Shown: positions 10,390 through 19,736 of the stretch, piece by piece | Layout: every line of letters begins with the position of its first letter | How positions within the stretch are numbered: the first letter of the stretch is position 1 | Source: an uncultured Chloroflexia bacterium | GTDB lineage: Bacteria > Chloroflexota > Limnocylindria > Limnocylindrales > CSP1-4 | NCBI GenBank assembly: GCA_963828165.1 | Contig: CAWHDR010000001.1 | Location: forward strand, 224,001 to 288,000 | Length of the DNA stretch: 64,000 nt | Direction: 5' to 3' | The notes under the pieces: generated by a model | Databases searched by the model: none | Seen by the model: the letters and a program-made list of their open reading frames with translations, nothing else | What the model was told of the DNA's origin: nothing | Made by a program: the position numbers and the translations under genes

Positions 10390-11441
10390 GCAGGGGCCGT
10401 GGCGGCGGCCGGGGTCGACTCACCGGGCACGGGCGCGTCCTCACGGAGCAGGCCCTCGTGCTTGAGCTCGGCCCATAGCTCGGCGGGGATCGAGGTTTGG
10501 AACGCCTCCACGTTCCGTGCCTGCTGGGCCGGGCTGGACGCACCGGGGATCACGGACGCGACGGCGGGATGCCCAAGCGGGAATTGCAGCGCCGCCGCGG
10601 CCAGCGGGACGCCGTGACGGTCGCAGACCGCGGCGATCCGGCGTGTCCTCTCCATGACCGCAGGCGAGGCGTCGGCGTAGGCGTACCTGGCTCCCGGAAC
10701 CGGACCCTTGGCCAGGATCCCGGACGCGAACACCGCGCCGACCACGTACCCCACGCCGCGCTCCACGCCTGCCGGGAATTCGGCATCGAGCACGTCCTGG
10801 TCCAGCAGCGTGTACGGCATCGCCACGAGGAACGCGTCGATGTCCCCGATGTCCAGGAACCGCGGCATGAGCCCGAGGTCGTTGATCCCGGCACCGATCG
10901 CGCCGATCTGGCCGCTGGACCGCAGCTCCTCGAGCGCCCGCCAGCCGGACCCGGCGAGGTCGCGGAAATGGGCGTCGATGGTCGGTGCATCGAAGTACAG
11001 GTGGTCGAGGTCATGGATGAACGCGACGTCGAACCGGGTGATGCCCAGCCGCAGCCGGCTGCCCTCGACCGAGCGCATGATCCCGTCGTACGTGTAGTCG
11101 AAGACGACCTCGTTCGGCGAACCACCCAGCCACGGTGCGCCATCGAAGCCTTCGCGATCGGCCGGTCGCAGATATCGTCCGACCTTCGTCGAGAGGGCGA
11201 ACTCGCCGCGTGGATGGTCGCGCAACGCGGTCCCGGTGCGCAGCTCGGACAGGCCACGGCCGTACCAGGGCGCGGTGTCGAAGTAGCGCACGCCGGCATC
11301 CCAGGCGGCCTTGAGGGCCGCGCCGGCGTCGGCCTCGGTGACGCGCACGAACAGCTCCCCGATCGACGCACCACCGAATCCGAGCTCGGTGACCTCCACG
11401 GCCGTCCGGCCAAGGCGTCGGCGCGCCGTCACTTCCGCCAT
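10386..11441 (-). CDS. Aldo/keto reductase, D-threo-aldose (L-fucose) 1-dehydrogenase-like
   Basis: 'FDTAPWYGRGLSE', 'LSTKVGR', 'FDYTYDGIMRS', 'IHD', 'AAALQFPL'. Confidence 0.88.
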   Translation of the reverse strand: MAEVTARRRLGRTAVEVTELGFGGASIGELFVRVTEADAGAALKAAWDAGVRYFDTAPWYGRGLSELRTGTALRDHPRGEFALSTKVGRYLRPADREGFDGAPWLGGSPNEVVFDYTYDGIMRSVEGSRLRLGITRFDVAFIHDLDHLYFDAPTIDAHFRDLAGSGWRALEELRSSGQIGAIGAGINDLGLMPRFLDIGDIDAFLVAMPYTLLDQDVLDAEFPAGVERGVGYVVGAVFASGILAKGPVPGARYAYADASPAVMERTRRIAAVCDRHGVPLAAAALQFPLGHPAVASVIPGASSPAQQARNVEAFQTSIPAELWAELKHEGLLREDAPVPGESTPAAATAPA

Positions 11442-12256
11442 GGCTGCGTCTCCCCTGCCTCGCCCCAGGAAGGGATCGGCGCCTGGAGCGGGTCCTCGAC
11501 CCAGCAGAAACGCCCATTGACGTCGGCACCCTCGTCGCTCGTGAGACGGAGCACGAGATCGACCGCCTTGTGCGGCGGATCGCCGCCGGTCTCCTCGACC
11601 CAGGCCGCCCATTGGCGGTACGGCTCGGCTTCGGGACCCATCACGGCGACCCGGTCGTGGATGTCCTGCCACATGTCGGTCTTGACGTCGCCCGGATGGA
11701 GGACGTTGGCTGTCACGCCGGTGCCTTCGATCTCGGCCGCGAGGTGCCGCGTGAGCTGGTTCAGCGCCACCTTGGACGTGCCGTAGGCGCTGTTGAGTGG
11801 CCCCGGCGGATGGAGCGAAGCGGCTGAGGTGATATTGACGATGCGCCCCCAGCCCGCGTCGATCATCCCGCCCACGAACGCCCGACTCGTGAGATACGGC
11901 GCGATCGCGTCGATCATCACGGTCTGGACCCAGGCGTCCGGGTCGGTGTCGCGGATCATGGCGATCGGCCCGAACACCCCGGCAGCGTTGACCAGGATCG
12001 CCGGAGCGCCTACCTCGTCGTGCACGAATGCCGCCAGGTCCGCCACGGCATTCGCGTCGCTGACGTCGGTCGGGCGGGTGATCATCCGGCCGCCTTTCGC
12101 CGCGATGAGGTCCGCGGTCTCGGCCAGCTGCGCTTCGTTCCGGGCGACACCCACGACCGGGTGGCCGCGCGACGCCAACGCGACCGCGACGCCGCGACCC
12201 AGCCCTCGCCCGGCGCCCGTGACGACCGCGACGCGGTCACGCGCTGCGTCATCCAT
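11429..12256 (-). CDS. SDR-family oxidoreductase
   Basis: TGAGRGLG, NAAG, YGTSK. RBS AGGAGG before the ATG at 12256. Confidence 0.92.
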   Translation of the reverse strand: MDDAARDRVAVVTGAGRGLGRGVAVALASRGHPVVGVARNEAQLAETADLIAAKGGRMITRPTDVSDANAVADLAAFVHDEVGAPAILVNAAGVFGPIAMIRDTDPDAWVQTVMIDAIAPYLTSRAFVGGMIDAGWGRIVNITSAASLHPPGPLNSAYGTSKVALNQLTRHLAAEIEGTGVTANVLHPGDVKTDMWQDIHDRVAVMGPEAEPYRQWAAWVEETGGDPPHKAVDLVLRLTSDEGADVNGRFCWVEDPLQAPIPSWGEAGETQPWRK

Positions 12257-12279
12257 GTCGGCCTCCTGTCCCGCCTCGG

Positions 12280-12600
12280 TCAGCTCGCGTTGGTCCGCAG
12301 GTTGAACACTTCGCGGAGCTCGCTCGAATCGACGATGCCCTCCTCGTTGAACTCCATGAGCGGGTCCATGATCTCGCCCCACTTGTCGTGGATCTCGGTG
12401 TGCCACAGGCGATCCCAGGCTTCTTCGTCCCGGATCTCCGAGTACAGGAACAGGACCGGATCCGCTTCGAAGATCGTGATCTGGGCGATGCCCTGGCGTT
12501 CGATCTCGTCGACCAGCTCCTGCCAGATCCTGTCGTGGTGGGACCGGTATTCGGCCAGGCCGCCAGGCTTGAGGCGCATCGTGAAGGCGCGACGGATCAT
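12280..12600 (-). CDS. rhaM: L-rhamnose mutarotase-family protein
   Basis: 'RRAFTMRLKPG..AEYRSHHDRIWQEL', 'ITIF', 'LFLYSE', C-terminal 'LREVFNL'. Confidence 0.8.
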   Translation of the reverse strand: MIRRAFTMRLKPGGLAEYRSHHDRIWQELVDEIERQGIAQITIFEADPVLFLYSEIRDEEAWDRLWHTEIHDKWGEIMDPLMEFNEEGIVDSSELREVFNLRTNAS

Positions 12601-14180
12601 GGGGCGATCTCCTCGGTGGTGGTCCGGCCGGGCGGTGCTGCGTCGGGTGATCGGCCGGTGTTGATGGCGTGGAGCAGGCCGTGGTCGTCGATCTCGCCAC
12701 CGTTCGCCTCGGCGGCCAGCCGGCCGCGGTACAGGACGAGGATGCGATCGGCCAGCCCCACGACCTCGGGTAGTTCGGTAGAGCGGAAGAGGACCGTTCG
12801 GCCGCTGTCTGCGAGGTCGCGGATGAGGCGGTAGATCTCGCGCTTGGCACCGACATCGACGCCGCGGGTGGGGTCGTCGAGCAGGAAGACCGTCGGCGAG
12901 ATCTCGAGCCACTTCCCCACGACCACCTTTTGCTGGTTGCCCCCTGACAGCCGTCCGACGATCGCCCCCGGGCCGTCCGCCTGGATCCGCAGGGCGTCCA
13001 TCTGGCGTCGAGCGGCGGCGCGCATGGCCCGACGATCCAGCCACGGGCGGCGCGACGACAACGTCCCCACGGCGACGTGGGCGATGTTCATCTCCACGCT
13101 TGACTCGAGCATGAGGCCCTGGATGCGCCGATCGGCCGGGACGAGGCTGATCCCCCGGCGGGCGGCCGCGGTCGGCGACGCCGGGGCACCACGGCCGTCA
13201 GCGAACCTGATCTCGCCCGCGGTGGCGCGGCGCGTCCCGAACAGGACGCCGAGCAGGGTGGCCACGCCGGATCCTTCGAGGCCGGCGAGTCCGATGATCT
13301 CGCCCGGTCGGGCCTCGAACGAGACATCGCGCAGCTCTGCCTCGACGGTGAGACCCTGGACGGTGAGGCTAGGCGCCGGGGCGGCGGCGTCCGGCGCAAC
13401 CACTCGCGACCCACGTGTCGGGAACAGTTCGGCCGGCGACGTGCCGACCATCGCCTCGACGATCCGGGAAATGGTCACCGAAGCTCGGTCAACGGTCGTC
13501 ACGATGGCCCCGTTGCGCATCACGGTGATCCGGTCGGCGATCTGGAACACCTCCTCGAGACGGTGCGATACGTAGATGATCGTGATGCCATCCGCGGACA
13601 ACTCACGCAGCACCGCGAACAGCCGGCTGGTCTCGCGCTCGTTGAGCGCGGAGTTGGGTTCGTCGAGGATGAGGACCCCCGGACGTTCGATCAGCACCCG
13701 GCACAGTTCGACCAGCTGACGTTCGGCGATGCCAAGGTCGCCGACGCTGGTATCCGGGTCGGCGGCAAGTCCCAGCCGCGAAAGCGCCGGTGCCGCACGA
13801 CGGCGCATCTCGGCACGGTCCACGAGACCGAACCTGGTCGGTTGCCGGTCGGGGAACAGGTTGGCCAGGATCGACCGCTCCGGAAAGAGGCTCAGCTCCT
13901 GGTAGACGATGCCGATCCCGAGCCCGCGTGCGTCCGCCGGTGAACCCAGCTGGACCGGATCGCCGGCGACGCGGACCTCGCCGTGGTCCGGGTGGACCGC
14001 GCCGGCGAGGATCTTCATCAGGGTGGATTTCCCGGCACCGTTCTCGCCGACGACGGCGTGCACGGTGCCGGGCTCGATGGCGAGATCCACGCCCGCGAGG
14101 GCCTGGATCCCGCCGTACGCCTTGCGCAGATCGGCGACGGCGATCGCGGGTGTCGACGCCGCCGTCGATCCACTGGTCAT
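12597..14180 (-). CDS. Monosaccharide ABC transporter ATP-binding protein
   Basis: [29 protein letters not shown]. Confidence 0.95.
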   Translation of the reverse strand: MTSGSTAASTPAIAVADLRKAYGGIQALAGVDLAIEPGTVHAVVGENGAGKSTLMKILAGAVHPDHGEVRVAGDPVQLGSPADARGLGIGIVYQELSLFPERSILANLFPDRQPTRFGLVDRAEMRRRAAPALSRLGLAADPDTSVGDLGIAERQLVELCRVLIERPGVLILDEPNSALNERETSRLFAVLRELSADGITIIYVSHRLEEVFQIADRITVMRNGAIVTTVDRASVTISRIVEAMVGTSPAELFPTRGSRVVAPDAAAPAPSLTVQGLTVEAELRDVSFEARPGEIIGLAGLEGSGVATLLGVLFGTRRATAGEIRFADGRGAPASPTAAARRGISLVPADRRIQGLMLESSVEMNIAHVAVGTLSSRRPWLDRRAMRAAARRQMDALRIQADGPGAIVGRLSGGNQQKVVVGKWLEISPTVFLLDDPTRGVDVGAKREIYRLIRDLADSGRTVLFRSTELPEVVGLADRILVLYRGRLAAEANGGEIDDHGLLHAINTGRSPDAAPPGRTTTEEIAP

Positions 14181-14189
14181 GGCCCGGGC

Positions 14190-15362
14190 CTACTGCGACT
14201 CGTTGGCGATGGGCTCGACGTTATTCGCCCAGTCGGCGATCTGGCCGTCGACGAGCGGCTGGTAGTACTCGCGGGCCTTCTCCGGTGATGCCGCGATCTC
14301 CTCCAGCTCCGCGAACGTGAGCGGAGGCAGGTCGAAGGGCTCCTCCACGCTGTCCGCGGTCACGATCTCCGTGCCCGCATCCAGGAAGCCACCTGCCTTG
14401 AGGTCGACGGTGGTGGTCCCGCGGATGGTGTCGGCCAGCATCTTGATCGGCAGGTAGCCCTGCATGAATGGGGTCTGGCCCAGGCTCACGTAGGCGTTGC
14501 CGGCCTTGATCTCGGCCAGGTTTTCGGCGGTCAGGTCGTAGCCACCGGACACGAACGGGGTGCTCGCATTGGCGGCCTGCAGCTTGCCCAGGCTGGCGAT
14601 GTCCGGGGCGCACAGGCCGACGAGGGCCTTGGCGTCCTGGTTGGCGGTGAGGAGCGCCTCCCAGGCGGCATAGTTCTCGGTCGCGGTGACCTTGACGTCG
14701 AACGGCCCGAGGACCTCGATGCCCGCCGCGGCGGCCAGCGACTCCTGGACACCCTTGGCGCGATTCTCCAGCACGGGGAAGCCCGGGAAGCAGTTGCCGA
14801 CGATGACCTTGCCGGTCGTGCTCGCGCCACCGAGCTTCTCGAGGACCTTCTGGCCGAGGATGCGTCCGCTCTCGACGGACCGTTCGCCCACGTAGGGCGC
14901 GTTGACGGAGGTCACGAGCAGGTTGAACTGGACGATGGGCGTGCCCGCCGCGACGATCTCGTTGAGCCGGCTGGCCATCGACTCGCCCGGGACGGAGGTG
15001 GCGATTCCCTCCACGCCGGAGGCGACCAGGGACTCCACGAGACCGAGCTGGGTCTCCGCGCTGCCGTCCTCCGGTCCGGTTACCTGAAGCTCGACGTTGA
15101 GGTCTTCTGCGGCGGCCTCCGCGCCATCGACGATCTGCTGGATGAACGGGTTGCCCAGCACGTGGGTCACGAACCCCAACTTGATCGACTCCGGGACCGG
15201 GGTAGCGGACGGGGCCACCGATGCTGGCGCCTCGCTGGCCGGTGCCTCACTCGGTGGCGCCGCAGATGGGGCCGTGGTCGCCCCACCGCCCGTGTTGCAG
15301 GCTGCGAACAGCAGCGTGAAGGCCGCGATCAGTGCGAGCCAACGCAAATTCGTCCTTGTCAT
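14190..15362 (-). CDS. Sugar ABC substrate-binding lipoprotein (periplasmic-binding protein type 1)
   Basis: Lipobox FAAC, Ala/Pro/Ser linker, 'NPFIQQIVDGA', 'ENRAKG', 'GYD', 'QTPFMQGY'. Confidence 0.9.
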   Translation of the reverse strand: MTRTNLRWLALIAAFTLLFAACNTGGGATTAPSAAPPSEAPASEAPASVAPSATPVPESIKLGFVTHVLGNPFIQQIVDGAEAAAEDLNVELQVTGPEDGSAETQLGLVESLVASGVEGIATSVPGESMASRLNEIVAAGTPIVQFNLLVTSVNAPYVGERSVESGRILGQKVLEKLGGASTTGKVIVGNCFPGFPVLENRAKGVQESLAAAAGIEVLGPFDVKVTATENYAAWEALLTANQDAKALVGLCAPDIASLGKLQAANASTPFVSGGYDLTAENLAEIKAGNAYVSLGQTPFMQGYLPIKMLADTIRGTTTVDLKAGGFLDAGTEIVTADSVEEPFDLPPLTFAELEEIAASPEKAREYYQPLVDGQIADWANNVEPIANESQ

Positions 15363-15469
15363 CCGTTCCTCCTACTCAGATTGCCGCTCGGTCGGCCGTA
15401 TCGCTCCATGGACCGTGCTCGGTGAATCGCTCGGATCAGATGCCTCCTCTCATGCGCACGCCCCCTTCC

Positions 15470-16510
15470 TCATGAGAGGTCGACGACGTCGCGCGCCCGT
15501 CGCGCTCGCTGACGACGGACCAGCTGGTCTACCGCGACCGCGATGATGATCACGGCGCCCGTGACGAACGTGCTCCATTTGACGTCGACACCGAGGAACA
15601 GGATCCCGGTGGTGATGACCTGGATGATCAGCGCGCCGATGACGGCGCCCACGATGGTCCCGCGACCGCCCGATAGGGGCGTGCCGCCGATGATCACCGC
15701 GGCGACGACCGGCAGCAGGTAGTCACCGCCGGTGACGGGATCGATGGCTTCACGAAATCCCAGGAACATGGCGCCGGTCAGGCCGCAGACGGCGCCCATG
15801 AGCACCAGGACGAGGATCCGGGTGCGGTCCACCGGGATGCCGCTGAGCCGGGCCGCGTCGGGGTTGCTCCCCATCGCCTGGACCCGGTACCCGAACCGGG
15901 TCCGGTGAAGCAGCAGGTGCAGGAGCACGGCCAGGACGAGGAACAGCACGGCGACGATCGGGATGAGTCCGAAGACCTTCACGTCGAACAGGGCGAAGAA
16001 GGAGCTGGATTTGTCGGTCGGCACGACTGCGCGCGATTCGTTGACGACCAGGCTCAGGCCGCGGTAGGCGGACAACGTGCCAAGCGTGATGATGATCACG
16101 GGGATGCGAAGCGAAACCGCGAGGACGCCGTTGATCAGGCCGAGTCCAGCGCCGAAGGCGATTCCGATGCCCGCCGCGATCCATGGATCGACGCCTGCGA
16201 CCATCGCCTTGGCCGCGATGACCGCAGAGAAATTGAACATCCATCCGATCGACAGATCGATATCGCGGATGACCACGACGAAGACCATCGCCAGGGCCAG
16301 CATGCCGATGAACGCGGCGCCTGACAGCTGCTGGAACAGCGTCGCCGGCAGGAAGAAGTTCGGGCGCAGGACGCCGACGATGAGCACGAGCGCGACCAGT
16401 GCGACGAGCACGCCCGTCTCGTCCGGCAGGCGGCGAAGGCGACGAGCGCGGGTGGGCGCAGACGGCTCGGGGACGGGCAGCGGGTCGGTCGCGGATGTTC
16501 CTGCAGTCAC
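15470..16510 (-). CDS. Sugar ABC permease
   Basis: 'DIDLSIG', '[13 protein letters not shown]', 'AAVIIGGTPLSGG'. GTG start after GAGGAG. Confidence 0.92.
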   Translation of the reverse strand: MTAGTSATDPLPVPEPSAPTRARRLRRLPDETGVLVALVALVLIVGVLRPNFFLPATLFQQLSGAAFIGMLALAMVFVVVIRDIDLSIGWMFNFSAVIAAKAMVAGVDPWIAAGIGIAFGAGLGLINGVLAVSLRIPVIIITLGTLSAYRGLSLVVNESRAVVPTDKSSSFFALFDVKVFGLIPIVAVLFLVLAVLLHLLLHRTRFGYRVQAMGSNPDAARLSGIPVDRTRILVLVLMGAVCGLTGAMFLGFREAIDPVTGGDYLLPVVAAVIIGGTPLSGGRGTIVGAVIGALIIQVITTGILFLGVDVKWSTFVTGAVIIIAVAVDQLVRRQRARRARDVVDLS

Positions 16511-16604
16511 GTGTCTCCTCACTTCGCGCGTCCCCGCGAAGCCACGGACGGGTCTCAGATCGGCACGGACAACCAAGGATCCAGGCCCGGGACAGAAGAT
16601 ACAG

Positions 16605-16614
16605 GAAACGTTTC
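16605..16614. promoter_or_regulatory. LacI-type operator candidate (GAAACGTTTC)
   Basis: Perfect 10-bp CG-centred palindrome between divergent genes. Confidence 0.6.
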
Positions 16615-16739
16615 GATGAGATGCATCCGGACTCGACATTCTTGCCCGGGCCATGGACGATAGACGACCGACCGAGCTTCAGACTGGCCTCCCGAACGCG
16701 AACGCGATCGTGTTCCCCACCTTCCCGAAGGAGTGACGC

Positions 16740-17843
16740 ATGAGCAAGAACGGCGCCGTTCATCTGGTCGGCAGTGTCCCGCTCGAGAGCGTCGAGGACG
16801 TGTTTCGTACGTGCGCTGACGCCCTCGGAACGCGCGTCTCCTCCTATCCCGACGGGGAGGTCGGCCAACGGAAGTACTGGACCTTCTACCTTCCTACCCG
16901 AACGTATTCGGTCCACCCCGATCTGGAAGCGGTCAATGCGCCCCCAGACGGTCAGGTTCGACAGCCGACAGCGGGGGCGAGCCAGAAGGAATGGAACGAA
17001 TCGTGGTGGACCTTCAAGCTGCGGCCGGGCGTGAGCCACCTGACGTTCGAAAGCCTTCACTACGTCGAAGAAGCGACGCGATCCTACGAGATCTTTCGAA
17101 GGCTCCGCGCCGACGGCGTCATCCCGGTGGATGCCCGGTTCCAGGTGAGTTTTCCCGCCACTGGCTCGGCGGTGATGGGCTTTTTCGCGCGACCGGCGGA
17201 CTGGCCGACGGTCTATGACGCGTATCGGCGGGCGATCCGCCAAGAGGTGGCGCAGATCGTCACCTCGATCCCGCACGACGATCTGGTGATCCAATGGGAC
17301 ATCGCCAGCGAGGTCCGCGACATCCTGGCCGGCGACGCACCACTTCTGCCCTGGTCGCCGGAGACATCGCTCGAAGAGAAGTGGCAGCGCCATCTCGGTG
17401 ACATGGGCCACCTGTCCGCCGACATCCCGGAAGACGTCGTCCTTGGCTACCACTTCTGCTTCGGCACCTGGGGTGGCTGGCCGAAGTCCGTGGCGCCCGA
17501 CATGGGGGTCGCTGTCCGTCTCGCCAACGAAGCGGTCGCCCGGGCTGGACGTCGCGTCGACTACGTGCATCTGCCGGTGATGCCGGACGCCGACGATGCC
17601 TACTTCGGACCGATGCAGGGACTTGCGATCGGGAACACCTGGCCGTTCCTCGGGATCGTCCTCGACGACGGCTTGGACGCCTTCGAACGGCGTGCCCGAG
17701 CCGCGCAACGGTATGTGCCCGAATTCGGCATCGCGTCGTATTGCGGCTGGGGCCGCGAAGATCCCGCCCGAGTGCCATCGCTCCTGCGGAACCTTCGGGA
17801 GAGCGCCGAGCGCTTGACCAAGGTCTTGTCGCCCGTGTCGTGA
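16740..17843 (+). CDS. UROD/MetE-fold protein (cobalamin-independent methionine synthase catalytic-domain-like), function unknown
   Basis: 'HLVGSVP', 'PDGE', 'IQWD', zinc-type H-x-C ('YHFCFG') and C-terminal Cys ('SYCGWGR'). Confidence 0.65.
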   Translation: MSKNGAVHLVGSVPLESVEDVFRTCADALGTRVSSYPDGEVGQRKYWTFYLPTRTYSVHPDLEAVNAPPDGQVRQPTAGASQKEWNESWWTFKLRPGVSHLTFESLHYVEEATRSYEIFRRLRADGVIPVDARFQVSFPATGSAVMGFFARPADWPTVYDAYRRAIRQEVAQIVTSIPHDDLVIQWDIASEVRDILAGDAPLLPWSPETSLEEKWQRHLGDMGHLSADIPEDVVLGYHFCFGTWGGWPKSVAPDMGVAVRLANEAVARAGRRVDYVHLPVMPDADDAYFGPMQGLAIGNTWPFLGIVLDDGLDAFERRARAAQRYVPEFGIASYCGWGREDPARVPSLLRNLRESAERLTKVLSPVS

Positions 17844-17873
17844 GCGGTCGGACGCCCGAGAGCATGCCGGCCT

Positions 17874-18896
17874 TCAGGGCAGGAGCACGCTCCTGAGGAC
17901 GCGCCCGGCTCGCAGGTCATCGAGTGCATCGTTGGCAGCATCAAGCGGACGCACTGCCTGGACCAGGTGGTCGACCGTGATCGTCCCGTCAAGATAGAGG
18001 TCGATGGCGTCGCGGATGTCGTCCGGCACAAACCCCCGCGACCCGAGGACGGCGAGCTCCCGCCAGAAGATGTCCACGGCTCGTGCCTGGAACGGATCGA
18101 CGCTCGCACCGATCAGTACGACCCGGCCGCCTGGACCGCCCATGGCGATGGCTTGCTCATCGACGGCCGCCGAGCCGACGCACTGGATGACGACATCCGG
18201 TCCGTGGCCACCTGTCAGGGCCTTCACGGCAGCGACCGGATCGCCATCGTCGGCGGCCACGGTCTCGTCCGCGCCGAGCTCACGGGCCAGCCGCAGCTTC
18301 GCCGCCGACCGTGTCACGGCGATGACTCGTGCCCCCATCGCCTTCCCGATCTGCACGGCATTGGATCCCAGGCCGCCCACACCAAGCACGACCAGGGTCT
18401 CGTCGGGCTGCAGCTTCGCGACTCGCTTGAGACCATGGAGCGGCGTGGCGACGGCGTCGGTCAGGACGGCCAACACGGGGGGCGGCACCGGGGCGCGCGG
18501 GACGATGAGTGCTTCCGGCGGGCGGAGAACGTACTCGGCGAACGCGCCATCGACGTCCACCCCCATGCGCGTCACGTGTGGGCTGATGTTCGGCCGCCCA
18601 CGGGCCGCCCACGGATCGTCGGCCGGCGTCGTGATGTAGTAGAGCGCGACCTGGTCCCCGACCGCCACGCCTTCGACCCCATCGCCGAGCGCATCCACCA
18701 CGCCGGCGGCCTCATGCCCGGGGATGACCGGCAACGAGACGGAGTCGCCGAAGCCGCCCTTCTGCAGGAACACGTCCGAGCCGCACACCCCGCACGCTTC
18801 CACCCGGACGCGAACCTCGCCGGCTCCGGGCTCCGGTATGGGCCGCGACGTCAGCCGAAGTGGCGCGCCGACCGCTGGCAGCTCCACCGCCCGCAT
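17874..18896 (-). CDS. Zn-dependent MDR-family alcohol/polyol dehydrogenase
   Basis: CGSD, PGHE, TDAVAT, GVGGLG. The cysteines of the structural zinc site are absent. Confidence 0.9.
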   Translation of the reverse strand: MRAVELPAVGAPLRLTSRPIPEPGAGEVRVRVEACGVCGSDVFLQKGGFGDSVSLPVIPGHEAAGVVDALGDGVEGVAVGDQVALYYITTPADDPWAARGRPNISPHVTRMGVDVDGAFAEYVLRPPEALIVPRAPVPPPVLAVLTDAVATPLHGLKRVAKLQPDETLVVLGVGGLGSNAVQIGKAMGARVIAVTRSAAKLRLARELGADETVAADDGDPVAAVKALTGGHGPDVVIQCVGSAAVDEQAIAMGGPGGRVVLIGASVDPFQARAVDIFWRELAVLGSRGFVPDDIRDAIDLYLDGTITVDHLVQAVRPLDAANDALDDLRAGRVLRSVLLP

Positions 18897-18919
18897 CGTG
18901 GCCACCGCGATCCGGTCGC

Positions 18920-19687
18920 TCAATACATCAGGAATCCACCCGACACGTTGAGCGTCGAGCCGGTGATGTACTTGGCATGATCCGACGCGAGGAAGACGAC
19001 CGGGCCGGCCAGCTCCTCGGGCTCGGCCACGTAGCCGAGCGGCGTCTGCTTCTTCATCGATTCGTAGATCTCGGGAGCGAGGCCGGTCATGAGCATCGGC
19101 GTGTGGACCTGGCCCGGGGAGACGCAATTGACCGTGATCTGATGCGGCCCGAACGTCCGCGCGAGGCCGCGACACATCGTCGTGACGCCGCCCTTCGAAG
19201 ACGCGTAGGCGACCGAGCCACCGAAGCCGCCGGTCCACCAGCCCTGCGAGGTGAACAGGATGATCCGGCCACCCTGCTCCGCCTTGATCATCGCGTTGCC
19301 CGCGGCCCGGGCGAGGAAGAACGCCGACTTCACGTTGACGTCGTGCTGGAAGTCCCAGTCGTCCTCGGTGACCTCGTCGAGCGAGCCCCGGCGCCGGAGG
19401 ACGGCGGCGAGGTTCGCGAGGACGTACAGCCCACCGAGTTCCTTCTCCGCCCGCGCCACGAGCGCTTCGTGGCTGGCGAGATCGCTCAGGTCGGCGACCG
19501 CGGCCACGTGGCCGCTGCCGTCGAGCGAGCCGACCAGGTCGTCGAGTCGTGACTGATCCAGGTCCACGGCCATGACCTTCGCCCCTGCGCTGGCGAACCC
19601 CCTGGCCACGGCCGTCCCGATACCACCGGCGGCACCGGTCAGGATGACTCCGCGGCCCTCGAGCCCGGCGCCCACGCTCCACGTCAT
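18920..19687 (-). CDS. SDR-family oxidoreductase
   Basis: TGAAGGIG, YASSK, 'VNCVSPG'. RBS GAGGAGGAG. Confidence 0.92.
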   Translation of the reverse strand: MTWSVGAGLEGRGVILTGAAGGIGTAVARGFASAGAKVMAVDLDQSRLDDLVGSLDGSGHVAAVADLSDLASHEALVARAEKELGGLYVLANLAAVLRRRGSLDEVTEDDWDFQHDVNVKSAFFLARAAGNAMIKAEQGGRIILFTSQGWWTGGFGGSVAYASSKGGVTTMCRGLARTFGPHQITVNCVSPGQVHTPMLMTGLAPEIYESMKKQTPLGYVAEPEELAGPVVFLASDHAKYITGSTLNVSGGFLMY

Positions 19688-19736
19688 GTCGCTCCTCCTC
19701 TCCCCTGCCCCGCGCCACGCATCAGCGCCCGCGTCC

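Noticed and set aside
18897-19718. N-terminal extension of the 614-aa ORF onto the alcohol dehydrogenase
   Set aside because: Arg/Gly-rich alternate frame of the SDR at 18920-19687; the real dehydrogenase starts near 18896.
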